Assembly (NCBI GenBank): GCA_030390025.1
Contig: CM059425.1
Coordinates: 244,528,001 to 244,592,000 of the forward strand
Direction of reading: 5' to 3'
Origin: Squalus acanthias
Lineage: Eukaryota
DNA length: 64,000 bases
Below the pieces are notes generated by a model, which had not been told where the DNA came from, searched no databases, and saw only the letters and a program-made list of their open reading frames with translations. Position numbers and translations under genes: made by a program. This document shows, in pieces, positions 50,333 through 63,303 of the stretch (its first letter is position 1; every line of letters starts with the position of its first letter).

Positions 50333-50875
50333 TGGGCTAAATTCGGTTGATTTGCGCTTCCCATTAGCGCCCTAAGAGGGCGCAGTGCCGCTATCGCCTC
50401 CCGCGGAATTCAGCGGCAGGTTTGCGGCGGCGCTAACTATTAGCGCAGCGTGGCGCTGTGCCGCCGGCAATGACATCATCGCCGTGCACAGCGCCCCGCT
50501 CGCGCCCCGGCTGTAATATTGAGTGCTGTCCCCCAACTTACCACTGGACGCTATGTCCGCTGGGGTCAGGGGGGCCTACCTGCGGCCGGGGTAGCGCTAG
50601 TTAAAGGGGAGGTGGTGGGCGGCCATTTTTGTTGCTGGCCGCCTGACCCCGTTGCTGTCCCTGGTCCCCGTGAAGCCCCCCCGTGGGGTACCGGCTGCTC
50701 TCCATGAGTCCGGCACTCCTCTTGAGTGCCGGGCTCGTTTGCCGGCACTCCCAATCCCTGGTGGCCCAGCTGGGCGCCGGGACGCACTGTGCCAGACCTC
50801 TCCCCTTTAAGAAGGGGAGAAAGTCCTGCAGTATGCTGCGGAATGTAGCACCACAATATTGGCTCACAGCACCCC
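50333..50875. mobile_element. Harbinger-type element, left part (right part at 55788-55875), split by the full-length CR1
   Basis: Starts GGGCTAAATTCGGTTG..TTAGCGCCC, like the 20072 family; (T)AGCGCC motifs resume after 55788. Confidence 0.75.
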
Positions 50876-51206
50876 AAGAGGGACGCGGGGTGCTTCCAGT
50901 AGCTTATTTAAATCTCAGCAGTATAAATAAGGGAGGCTAGAGTGCAGTTTGTCACGGAGTGCTGCTTGGAACAGAGTGTTAAGCTGCAAATTTGGTGAGT
51001 GAGGGAATTCGGGGAGGGAGGTGTTCCTTTCTTTTTCTATCTTTGTCAGCTTCCAGGACCTGGTGAGTATTTCTACAGTCCAGTTGTTAAAGTAAAAGTA
51101 AGGTCTCTAGTTCAGAGTAAGTAGTGTTTAAAGGGAAGTAAGATTCCTAGTGCATTTAATATTCTTTAATTTAAAGGAAGTAAAGTGAGTAAATTAAGGG
51201 TAGGAC

Positions 51207-52211
51207 ATGGCAGAGCAGCTCGGCAGTGTGAAGTACTCCTCCTGTGCTATGTGGGAAATCAGGAACACTTTCGGTGTCCAGGGTGAACACATGTGCAGGA
51301 AGTGTCTCCAGCTGCAGCTACTCAAAATCTGCGTTTTGGAGCTGGAGCTGCAGCTGGAGTCACTGTGGAGCATCTGCAAAGATGAGATCTTCGTGGATAG
51401 CACGTTTAACGAGGTGGTCACACCGCAGGTAAAGAGTGCACAGGCAGACAGGAAATGGGTGACCGCCAGACAGAGTAAAAGAACTAAGAAGGTAGTGCAG
51501 GAGTCCCCTGGGTCCATCTCCCTCTCCGACAGATTTTCCATTTTGGATACTGCTGTGGGAGATGGTTTCTCAGGGGAATGCAGCAAGAGCCAAGTCTGTG
51601 GCATTATGACTGGCTCAGCTGCACAGGAGGGGAGGAAAAAGAGTGGGAGAGCAATAGTGATAGCGGATTCTATCGTAAGGGGAACAGGTAGACGTTTCTG
51701 TGGCTGCAGACGTGACTCCAGGATGGTATGCTGCCTCCCTGGTGCCAGGGTCAAGGATGTCACTGAACGGCTGCAGGGCATTCTGAAGGGGGAGGGCGAA
51801 CAGTCAGAGTTCGTGGTTCACATTGGTACCAACGACATGGGTAGATGAGGTCCTGCAACAAGAATTTAGGGAGCTAGGTAGCAGATTAAAAAGCAGGACC
51901 TCAAAGGTGTAATCTCTGGATTACTCCTGGTGCCACCTGCTAGTGAGTATAATAGGAGGATAGAGCAGATGAATGTGTGGCTAAAGAGTTGGTGCAGGGG
52001 GGAGGGCTTTAGTTTCCTGGATCACTGGGTCTGCTTCTGGGGAAGGTGGGACCTGTACAAGTTGGACGGGTTGCACCTGAACCGGAACGGGACCAACATC
52101 CTTGTGGGGAGGTTTGCTAGTACTGTTGGGGGGGGGTTTAAACTAACTTGGCAGGAAGATGGGATACAGAATGGAGCTATAGTAGGGGGTTATGCACAGC
52201 CAAATATGTAA
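51207..52211 (+). pseudogene. CR1 ORF1 (zinc finger/leucine zipper plus SGNH esterase domain), disrupted
   Basis: (Y)SSC.MWE...CRKC, LELELQLESL, VIADSIVRG (GDS motif), PGARV, HIGTND and DGLHLN; frameshifted near 51845-51910. Confidence 0.9.
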
Positions 52212-52224
52212 TGGCACAAGGGAG

Positions 52225-55200
52225 TATGGCAAGGCTGGATGGCATTTATTTTAATGCAAGGAGTCTTGCGAGTAAGGCAGATGAATTGAAGGTGTTGATG
52301 AACACATGAGAGTATGAAATTGTTGCTATCACAGAGACATGGTTGAGGGAAGTGCAGGACTGGCAGCTCAATATTCCGGGGTATAGAATCTTCAGGCGAG
52401 ACAGAGGGGGGTGTAAAAGAGGAGGGGGTGTCGCAATATTAATCAAGGAGTCAATTACTGCTGCAAGGAGGGATGATATTTTAGCAGGTTCGTCTAATGA
52501 GGCCATATGGGTAGAACTTAAAAACAAAAAGGGGGCAAGCACTTTGCTGGGAGTGTACTATAGGCCCCCAAACAATCAGGGGGAGATAGAGGAACAGATA
52601 TGTCGGCAAATCTCAGAGAAGTGTAGAAATAATAAGGTAATAATAGTAGGGGATTTCAACTTCCCCAATATTAACTGGGATAGTCGGAGTGTGAAAGGCT
52701 TAGAGGGTGCGGAATTCTTAGGGCTGGATTTTCATTGACCCGTGGAGGTGGGTTTGGAGGTGTGTGGGGGGTTAAAATTGCGAAAACTGGTGGGCGGGCA
52801 AAAGCCCGCCTCCATCCCGCCTCCACGCAATTTTCATTAAATCGGGCCTGCTGGTCCCGACTCCGTCCTGCCTCTAAGAGGCAGGATAGGCTTTTAAGGC
52901 CCTTAACAAGCACTAAATTGCCTCTATAATGCCATTTTGAAAGGCCTTTGTAATTTTAAGCCTTTTTCTACGTGAAGCACGCTTGTTCTGAACCACGAAT
53001 GTGAAACCCGGCGGGAGCACATTTGGATAGATGGCTGGCTGGCTGGATAGATGACATATCTGGGAGTGGTGGTGGATGGGAGAGATATCTGGGAGTGGTG
53101 GTGCAAAAATATCTGGGAGCAGACTTAGGGCTGCTACTGCTCATTTTGCATCCAGGTTCTCTCGCAGCAAAGGCCAGGCAGTCTTTGCAGACCTTCAATG
53201 CAGCAGCAATGATGACATCATCAGAGGCGACTTTCAGACTGAAAACATTAATTGGGTCATGGGTTCCCACATGCTGGAACTCAATTGCCAAATTAGGTGA
53301 AAATCGCATCAATCTCCCACATCCAATTGCAGTCGGGTGGATAACATGAAAAGTTGATGACACGACCCTAACCCGCCCCAGTATCAAAATCCAGCCCTTA
53401 AAGTGCATCCAGGAGAGCTTTCTGAGCCAGCATGTAGAATGTCCTACAAGAGAGGGGGCGGTACTGGACCTAATTCTAGGGAATGTAGCCGGGCAAGTGG
53501 TGGAAGTGTCAGTAGGAGAGCATTTTGGTGACAGTGACCATAATTCGGTGAGATTTAAGGTAGTCATGGAAAAGGACAAAGATGGACTGGAAATAAAGGT
53601 TCTAAATTGGGGGAAGGCCGATTTTAATATAAGGCAAGATCTGGCCAAAGTGGACTGGGATCAGCTACTTGTAGGAAAATCCACATCAGAGAAGTGGGAG
53701 TCTTTCAGAAAGGATATAGAGAGAGTACAACGCCAACAGGTTCCCGTAAAGGTCAAGGGTGGGACCAACAAGCCCAGGGAACCCAGGATGTCAAGGGATA
53801 TACAAGAATGGATAAAGAAAAAAGGGAGGCTTTTGGCAGATACAAAGGACTAAAAACAGTGGAAGCCCCAGAGGAGTATAGAAAGTGCAGGGGGGTACAT
53901 AAAAAAGAAATTAGGAGAGCGAAGAGGGGGCATGAAAAAACACTGGCAGGCAAAATAAAGGAAAATCCCAAGGTGTTTTGTAAGTATATTAAGGGCAAGA
54001 GGATAACCAGGGAAAGAGTAGGGCCCATTAGGGACCAAAGTGGCAATGTGTGTGTCAAGCCGGAAGATGTAGGTGGGGTTTTAAATGAATATTTTGCATC
54101 TGTGTTCACTATGGAGAAGGACGATCTAAGCATAGAAATCAGGCAAGGGGATTGTAATATCATTGAACAAATTAGTATTGAGAGTGAGGAGGTACTAGCG
54201 GTTTTAGCGTGCTTAAAAGTGGATGAATCCCCAGGCTGAGAAGAGATGTATGCCGGGCTGCTGTGTGAGGCAAGGGAGGAGATTGCAGGGGCTCTGACAC
54301 AAATTTTCAGAACCTCTCTGGCCACAGGGGAGGTGCCAGAGGACTGGAGGACAGCTATCGTAGTACCATTATTCAAGAAGGGTAGTAGGGATAAATCAGG
54401 GAATTACAGGCCAGTGAGCCTAACATCAGTGGTAGGGAAATTGTTGGAAAAAATTCTGAGGGACAGAATTAGTCTCCACTTGGAGAGGCAAGGATTAATC
54501 AAGGATAGTCAGCATGGCTTTGTCAGGGGGAGATCATGTCTCATCAATCTGATTGAATTTTTCGAGGGGGTGACTAGGTGTGTGGATGAGGGTAGTGCAG
54601 TTGATGTAGTCTACATGGATTTCAGAAAGGCTTTTGACAAAGTCCCACATTGGACACTAGTCAAGAAGGTAAGAGCCCAAGGGATCCAGAGCAATTTGGC
54701 ACATTGGATCCAAAATTGGCTTTGTGGCAGGAGGCAGAGGGTGATGGTCGAAGGTTGTTTTTGTGACTGGAAGCCTGTGTCCAGTGGTGTACCGCAGGGA
54801 TCGGTGCTGGGTCCTTTGTTGTTTGTAGTGTACATTCATGATTTAGATATGAATGTAGGAGGTATGATCAGTAAGTTCGCAGATGACACGAAAATTGATG
54901 GAGTGGTAAATACGAGGAGGGAAGCCTCAGGCTACAGGACGATAAAGACGGGTTGGTCAGATGGGCAGAACAGTGGCAGATGGAATTTAACCCTGAAAAG
55001 TGTGAGGTGATGCATTTTGGGAGAACTAACAAGGCAAGGCAATACACAATGAATGGTAGGACCCTAGGGAGGACAGAGGTTCAGAGGGACCTTGGTGTGC
55101 ATGTACATAGATCCCTGAAGGCAGCAGGACAGGTAGATAAGGTGGTTAAAAAGGCATATGGGATACTTGCCTTCATTAGCCGAGGCATAGAATATAAAAG

Positions 55201-55705
55201 CAGGGAGGTTATGATGGAGCTGTACAAAAAGTTAGTTAGGCCACAGCTGGAATACTGTGTGCAGTTCTGGTCGCCACACTATAGGAAGGATGTGATTGCA
55301 TTGGAGAGGGTGCAGAGGAGATTCTCCAGGATGTTACCTGGGTTGGAACGCTTCAGCTATGAAGAGAGACTGGACAGGCTGGGGTTGTTTTCCTTAGAGC
55401 AGAGAAGGCTGAGGGGGGACCTGATTGAGGTGTACAAAATTATAAGGGGCATAGATAGAGGGGAACTTTTTTGCTTGGTGGGGGGGTCAATAACCAGGGA
55501 GCATAGTTTCAAGGTAAGGGGCAGGAGGTTTAGAGGGGATTTGAGGAAAAACTTTTTCACCCAGAGGGTGGTTGGAATCTGGAACTCACTGCCTGAAAGG
55601 GTGGTAGAGGCAGGAACCTTCACAACATTCAAGAAGCATTTAGATGAGCACTTGAAACGCCATAGCATACAAGGCTACGGACCAAGTGCTGGAAAATGGG
55701 ATTAG
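52225..55705 (+). pseudogene. CR1 ORF2 (APE endonuclease plus RT), disrupted by stops, frameshifts and a MITE
   Basis: YYRPP, GDFN, SDHN, NYRPVSLTS, QHGF, DFRKAFDKVPH, PQGSVLGP and FADDTK. Confidence 0.95.
52721..53397. mobile_element. PIF/Harbinger-type MITE, 677 bp
   Basis: Perfect 12-bp TIR GGGCTGGATTTT / AAAATCCAGCCC and a TTA TSD (52718-52720, 53398-53400). The empty site GAATTCTTAAAGTGC is present in the sibling CR1 at 2878-2892. Confidence 0.95.
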
Positions 55706-56093
55706 AATAGACAGGGCTTGATGGCCAGCGCGGACACGTTGGGCTGAAGGGCATCTTTCTGTGCTATATAACTCTATGACTCTATGACACCCCTCCTCCC
55801 TCTTGCGGCGCTACCTGGGAAAATCGGATGCGGGGGCGCTAACTTTTTCGGGGCGCTAATTGAAGGTAGCGCCCCTATGACTCTATTATGACTCTATTTC
55901 AATGTGATCGCTTATATTCTTGTCAGAAGCTATGTCTTATACTAAAAGAAATATAACTATGCAGAAAGAGCAGAGGAGTGGTTCTAATTGGATAGTTCTT
56001 TCAAAGAGCATACACAGGCACGGTCAGCCGAATGGCCTCCTTCATTCCTGTATCATTCTATGAACTGTGCAAAGCTTGCCAAATGAAGATGGT

Positions 56094-56859
56094 GGGCCAG
56101 AAATTCGGCTTTCCGGCTTCCTGCGGGTGCAAGCATCGCACGCGTACTTGCCTACCGCGCCTGCAGTTGTGCTTTGGGCCCACGAGGACTTCGGGTCCTG
56201 GGCCCCCTCCAGCTGCCGGCGGGTAGTGCTTGCGTATCCCAGGGGCCCAGTTAGTTTGAAGCATCCCCTGGGATCACGTGGGCCATGGAGAGCCAATCCT
56301 AGCGGGGCATTTTCATTCATAGATTTGACAGGAAGACCTGTCAAATCTATGAATAGAGATTGGCCCCAAAACCACACTTAAACTTCAAATAAATTGGGAA
56401 AAAAAAAAAATCACATTTTTAAAATAACTAAGTTACATAAATTAACTACTTTAAGCAAAAATTTAAATTTTTGAAAAAATTAATTATACTTTTTAACGGT
56501 GCTAAAAATAAACTAACCTTTCTTTAAAGTATGTAAAAATGATAAACCTGTTGAAAAAATGTTTAAATTGTAATAAATTAACCACTTACCTTGTTAAAAA
56601 CAGGCCTTGCACCTCCTTTTTAAAAGTGCAGCTTCTCCATACTTACCTTCCCGGAGAAACCTGAAAAAAAAAACGAAGTTCGCTGCGTGCGCGCAGCCTC
56701 TCCCACGCACGCGTTCGACTTCTGAACCCCTCCCTTCAGGGGAACAGAAGTTCCAGTTTCCCGCGCATGCGCAGTGCATGCAGGAAACCGACACTTCAGA
56801 TGGCCTTACGGGTGAGTACACAGCGCGTACTCACCCGACAACAGCCGAATTTCTGGCCT
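56094..56859. mobile_element. ~765-bp Harbinger-type MITE
   Basis: TIRs GGGCCAGAAATTCGGCT and AGCCGAATTTCTGGCCT, with a GGT TSD. Inverted sibling of 24515-25270. Confidence 0.9.
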
Positions 56860-58889
56860 GGTGTCTCTTTAAAAAAAAAGTGTCTCGACATCTGCATTTT
56901 TTCAAGCTATGACAGCACAGGGATGCTAATGCATTATTATATTGCTGAATGGACCCTGCCAATAAGGTCTACTCATGTCACATTCACAGAACAAAAAAAT
57001 GGCATTCAACTACAGGGTCTACAGTAGTACCAGGCTGGGCAGTAAAATCATTCAGGCTCTGACAACCTTTGAACAAGAGGTGCTGCCCTTCATCTATTTG
57101 GAGAGAGTTGACAGTATTCCACTTGAGTTCCAAACTCATGCTCTCCTTTATCCGATTTGGGAAGCAGCTATCATTACCAGTTGAATGTCCTCGCATCATT
57201 ACTTTTGAAAAGCAATGGAGAATTGGCAAAGTGGAACAACATACTCAAACGCTCTCTTTACTGATGATCAAGTCATTTAAATGTGTGGGTACTCGATTAA
57301 CAAATTTGGCCCTTTCACAGTTCAGAGTGCCTCTCGCTTCATTTGGGCATCAAAGCTGTATCTGGTGCTTTAACTTGATTGCAATCACAGCAAGCTGCTC
57401 AAAGGCTTGGCAGAAATACATGAATCTATGCCAAGCAAACAATAGAGGTCTGATGAGTGATTACATTAGATGGAGTTACTTGTGAAAGTGCACAACTTTG
57501 AGAATCAGCGCCTTTGTGCCATACAATGTAGAAGAATGCAATGGCAGTCGAGGGCCTCAAGTTGGGCCTTTTTTTTAAACCACTGACCCAGAAAATCTGG
57601 AATTCCATCCCTGCATTAGTTCTGCGCCTGCCCCAGATTTTGCTCTCTCTGTGGCCGAGAGCACAAGAGTCTCCGTGACCTAAGCCTCATTAAAATATGT
57701 AGTGGGGCATTTCAAGGGAGTGTTGCGGCACATCCAGAAATTGGGTTACTTTGTGCTGTTCTGAGTGCACCAAAAAGAGCTGGAGTTGAGGGCAGAGCTG
57801 CCAATGCAGCAGCTCCCAGAACCTCTTCATCATAAACTCATTGTCCTTGTATTCAATTCTGGTGAGTTTGTTGCTTCTTCTTTGTTGCACCAGTTTATTC
57901 TGTTTGACTTTTGACAGTCTTCTTTGAATGTGGAGTAGGGCAGCCATTTGGAGGTATCTGTTTGAGAATCTGTCTTCCCCACCCAAAAACATCCAGCCAT
58001 TTTGCCTGACCAAAGCAATTTGACCCGTGCGATGGCCATTCCTTTAGGGATGCCACCAGCTCATTTCCAGATGGAGGTTGAGGATGAAGTGGGCCAGCAA
58101 AACCAGAAGAAGTGTTGGTACATGAGGGAGAGAGAGATACCCAACAGTAGAGAGAGAGAGAGAGAGAGAAAGTATTACAGATCACCCTAGCAACAGCCAG
58201 TGTTCAAGATTGAAGTAAGGCCTTGGGATGTTTATAGTAGTGCCATAATAGAATGCTTAGATTAGAACTGCTAGGGTCACATCAACAAGGACGCTGCAAC
58301 TTACCTGAAAGGTTGTTGATGTACGTATGTTGTAGAAAAATGTAAACATGTGTGCATAAGAATCGGCTGAAGGACTGAGACTACCATATAAGGAAATGCC
58401 AGTTCCAGTTTGATGAGGAGAAAACAGTGTCTAAAAAAAATAAGCTTTTGTGTTAAGTTTTAGAAGAAAGAAACGTACAAGGATGGGTGCATGCCTACGT
58501 TCAAATCTGCTGACAAAATTCTGCTTATAAATTGGATTATATTCTGAAGAAATTATTACTTTTAGATTTTTTTTATGTTAAATAGAAAAAAATAAAGTGA
58601 TTATTACCATAAGACTGAATTCGATACTGAAGTGAACAACGGAGGACTGTATAAAACAACAAGAGGCTACAGACAAGTCAAAACAAGAGGTATAGCACGC
58701 CGAGTTATCAATGCCCTTTGACCAGCAACATGCAGAAATATTTCAGGATCATCTTCCACCTGACAAAAGGGTAGTGAGAGTTTTTATTGAGTCTACCCAC
58801 CAGCAGTGAAAGGGTTCCAGGCAATGGGCGAGTGAACACAAGAAAGAATTCCTCGTGAATATGCACCTGATCAAGGTGAAACTATGGAA

Positions 58890-59460
58890 TAGATTTTCGC
58901 TAAAAGGTAGTCAACTGGTGGAACACACCAACCGGCCAGCTGATAGTGACGGGGGGAGGCCCGATCCATTTTGCGGAGTGGGCTTCATTACCGTGCCGGC
59001 GTCGGGCACTCTACGGACACCTCCCTGCAGCTTGCCAGCTCAAGCTTGACTCAGAGGCCCAGAGGCAGACCCGGTCAACACAAAGGTAGGGCAAGAGGCG
59101 GGGGTGGGTGCCAATTATGAGGGGGTGATCCCGGGCAGCAGCAGCCACACTATTCTTGTGGAGCCTGAAGGAGCACTCCTGCTCCTGCTGGCCACACAAA
59201 AATAATTTTAAAATGTACCTTTTTGGCTGTACCACTGGGTAATACCTGGCAGAGCGCTCAGGGCGCATGTTCCACCCAGTTGTCTCCCAAAATTGCAATC
59301 GAGGTGGTACATACATCATAGAATATTTGCATATTAAAAGGGCCTGCCGCCTGAAACAGGCAGGAAACAAGCAAGCCGCTCAGCTGTAGGCCCCTTTCAG
59401 GATGGCGTCCGCCAGATCAGGAGCGGGAATAGGGCAGTAAGCTTCTCTCTGCAATTTTCA
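58890..59460. mobile_element. Degenerate Harbinger-type non-autonomous element
   Basis: CpG-rich, with a GGAGCACTCCTGCTCC motif similar to about 38830. Termini unclear. Confidence 0.4.
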
Positions 59461-59544
59461 GGATGCTTCTGCCTCGTTTCCACCTGGCAGAACCACTGTG
59501 TGTGTGTGTTACATGGCATTGCAGGGCTGTACAAAAAGATAAGT

Positions 59545-59970
59545 AGAGGGCTCGTGTCCCTGAATCAGACGGTTGTGGGTTGAAGTCCCGCTCCAGACAC
59601 TTGAGCGCAAAACCTAGGCTGACACTCTCAGTGCAGTACTGAGGGAGTGCGGCGCTGTCTGAGGTGCCGTCTTTTGGATGAGACGTCAAACCGAGGCCCC
59701 ATCTGCTCTCTCAGGTGGACGTAAAAGACCCCATGGCACTATTTCGAAGAAGAGCAGAGGAGGATTCCTCGGTGTCCTGACCAATATTTATACCCTTACT
59801 AAAAAAACAGATCATCTGGTCATCATCACATTGCCGTTTGTGGGAGCTTGCTGTGCACAAATTGGCCACTGTGTTTCCTATATTACAACAGTGACTGCGC
59901 TTCAAAAGTACTTCATTGGCTGTAAAGCGCTTTGGGATGTCCTGAGGTCGTATAAATGCAAGTCTTTCTT
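59545..59970 (+). mobile_element. Deu-type tRNA SINE
   Basis: Same core and tail as 33205-33660. Confidence 0.85.
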
Positions 59971-59989
59971 TTTCTTTTCTGCTTCACAG

Positions 59990-60225
59990 CCATTTTCTTC
60001 ATCTGGAAGGATGTGTCCTTCCCTTCAGAGGTTGCATTTACCAGCTCCACCACCACTTCCCACGCAGCCCCGACTGCATTTTGGTGAGGAGGATGCCCCT
60101 CACGCCCAAAAGAAGGCATATCTGCTTGCCTGCATCTGCTTCAGCAATGACACCCGCAGCTCGCTCTCAGTGGAAAAGCACGAATTCCTGCCTGCACCCC
60201 GTGAATTTTCAGATCTTGTGCTCAT
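59990..60225 (-). pseudogene. Decayed Myb/SANT-like DNA-binding ORF of Harbinger type
   Basis: Two frames joined by one frameshift read MSTRSENSRGAGRNSCFSTESELRVSLLKQMQASRYA / FGREGHPPHQNAVGAAWEVVVELVNATSEGKDTSFQMKK. This fits the R...F...EL..L.......LFG....AW..V...VNA.....T..Q..KK pattern. Confidence 0.6.
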
Positions 60226-61069
60226 CCTCGCTAACACCTTCACCAAAGCCACTCTCCAAACCGCCCTTCTCTGTGTGCCCGCAAGAAGTGCCAGTGCAGC
60301 TTTGAGGAGCTGCACCTGCAAGTTCGAGGCTCTGCCCCAGAAGCTGCGCTCTTCTCAACTCTGTGCACTGGGCAAACTGCGCCGATAACGCAGCACCCGA
60401 ACTCTGAAAGGGGGAACCGCCAAAACCTGCAGAGGTCCGCTCTCCGTGCGCCAGCTGCACGATGGATTCTGGCACTGGCAGGACTGCGATTTCCTGCCCT
60501 TTCGTTGGCTGACGGCGTGATGGGTTTCCAATCGAAGTCTGGCAACTGCACGCCTTCTTTTGATGAGAGTGAATCATTTTGCCATCGAGCTAAAGCTGCA
60601 GCAAGCTCTCCAGTTCGGCCTTGCTGTTCAGCGGACATCTCCTCGGACTGCAATTCAGACTTGTAAAAATACATTTACAACTTGTCGGGTCCATTTGACA
60701 AATGTCGCTTTTGAAGAAGTAATGGGTCATTTATTTTACCTTGAAGCACTTGACGGTGCAGCTATCATAATGTAATGACATACCTGCTTCTGCTCTATTT
60801 ACAGCAATAAATTAACACTGCTTAGGTCTGCCAGTCGAGAGTTGACTGCAAAGGACTTAAATTTGAATGTTATATTTATAGAAAACTGTTTGGATCCAGC
60901 TATTGACAGATATCTGCACCTCTGACAAACTCGAATTAATGACACCAGAGGAACCTTTCCTAGCTACAAAACATATATGTAGATAAACTTTTAATTCAGA
61001 AGAAAGAAATGAGCAACATGGTTGCAAGTCTGGACCAAATTTCAAGATATCCTTACTGATAGGAACATT

Positions 61070-62072
<1,003 letters not shown>

Positions 62073-62606
62073 GCGCGCTTTCACGATAAATCAAACAAGA
62101 CATTGAAAGATCACAGTGTATTCAAAGTCCCAGTTGAAGATAGTGAAGCCATATGCCTGCGTCGTATTGTTACAGGATACACGTGGCACAAAAAAAAAAT
62201 CGCAGGAAATGAGCAACAAATTGCACTTTGATTCAGTTGCTGAGACCCAGAAAAGCAAATGGCTCCACGTGAGAATAGCACTGTGTCAGCTCCAGTCCAG
62301 CAAACGGAGCCAGCATCTCACCTCAGAAATCAGTGCGCATCATGATATCACACTTTGATGAGGTGCATTAAAACCTTTTTGTCTACATATAGAATCACCC
62401 TCCCATCCCACCATCCCCCCCGCACCCAAGGCTGGGAGACCCGCGCAGGTAAGTGGACGGAGACCGTGCAGCCAGGTGAAAGGTCAAACTCGATGGCTTG
62501 TTCATTGTCCTCTGAAACTCAGGGTGCTACTGTGTATTTGCAAGCACACGTGTATCACACATGAAATGCATGGCACAGCACATACATGCCTTCGAACGCA
62601 CAGCTA

Positions 62607-62726
62607 GGCTGAAATTCAGCAGTGGTTCCGCTGTACCTCTGGTGGAACCCCCAGGGAAAACGGAACAGTTGTTTCTCCATCAGTGTTATGGTGGGAGACT
62701 GGTGGAAAAACCGTGGCATTTCAGCC
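62607..62726. mobile_element. Short MITE
   Basis: GGCTGAAAT and ATTTCAGCC inverted termini. Confidence 0.55.
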
Positions 62727-62894
62727 CCTGACTGTCTCAGAGGAAGCTGGTGCTCCACTTACTGCTGGCAGTCTCGAGTAAGAACATGAGAGGGTCAGGG
62801 GTGAGAAAAAAGTAATTTGGCTCATTGTAGCCCAAAGCCCTCTGGACATCCTTAACCTGCCTGCCATGACTAAGGCAGCATGGTTTAATGTAAA

Positions 62895-63303
62895 AAGAAA
62901 GAACTTGCATTTATATAGCGCCTTTCACAACCTCGGGACCTTCCAACGTGCAGCTAATGAAGTACTTGTTAAATGAAGTTGTAATTTTGGAACCGCGGCA
63001 GCCACTTTGTGCAAAGCAAGCTCCCACAAACAGCAATGTGATAAAGACCAGCTAATCTGTTTTACGGATGTCGATTGAGGGATAATTACTGGCCAGGACA
63101 CTGGGGATAACTCCCCTGCTCTTCTTTGAATAGCAGCGTGGAATCTTTTACGCTTTTAAGCTCTCATCCGAAAGACGGCACCTCCAGCCTCCCTCAGTGC
63201 TGCGCTGGAGCATCAGCCAAGATTTATGTGCTTAAGTCTCTGGAGTGGGACTTGAACCCCCGACCTTCTGATTTAAAGTGCTGCCAACTGAGCCACAGCT
63301 GAC
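62895..63303 (-). mobile_element. Deu-type tRNA SINE
   Basis: Head GCTGTGGCTCAGTTGGCAGCAC on the minus strand; core and tail as in the other copies. Confidence 0.85.

Larger units (their letters stand above)
50876..55787 (+). mobile_element. Full-length, disrupted CR1 LINE
   Basis: ~330-bp 5' UTR, ORF1, ORF2, 3' UTR and (CTCTATGA)n tail. Candidate TSD CACCCC (50870-50875, 55788-55793). Confidence 0.93.

Noticed and set aside
50876-55787. Active, intact LINE
   Set aside because: Both ORFs have stops and frameshifts, and ORF2 is interrupted by a MITE.
24515-56859. A single 32-kb composite transposon bounded by the inverted MITEs
   Set aside because: The right copy has its own GGT TSD and the outer flanks (ATG vs GGT) do not match, so the insertions are independent.
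59678-60388. 236-aa plus-strand ORF as a host gene
   Set aside because: The first half is SINE sequence and the rest is antisense to the Myb-like relic. The apparent splice acceptor near 59989 derives largely from the SINE's T-rich tail.
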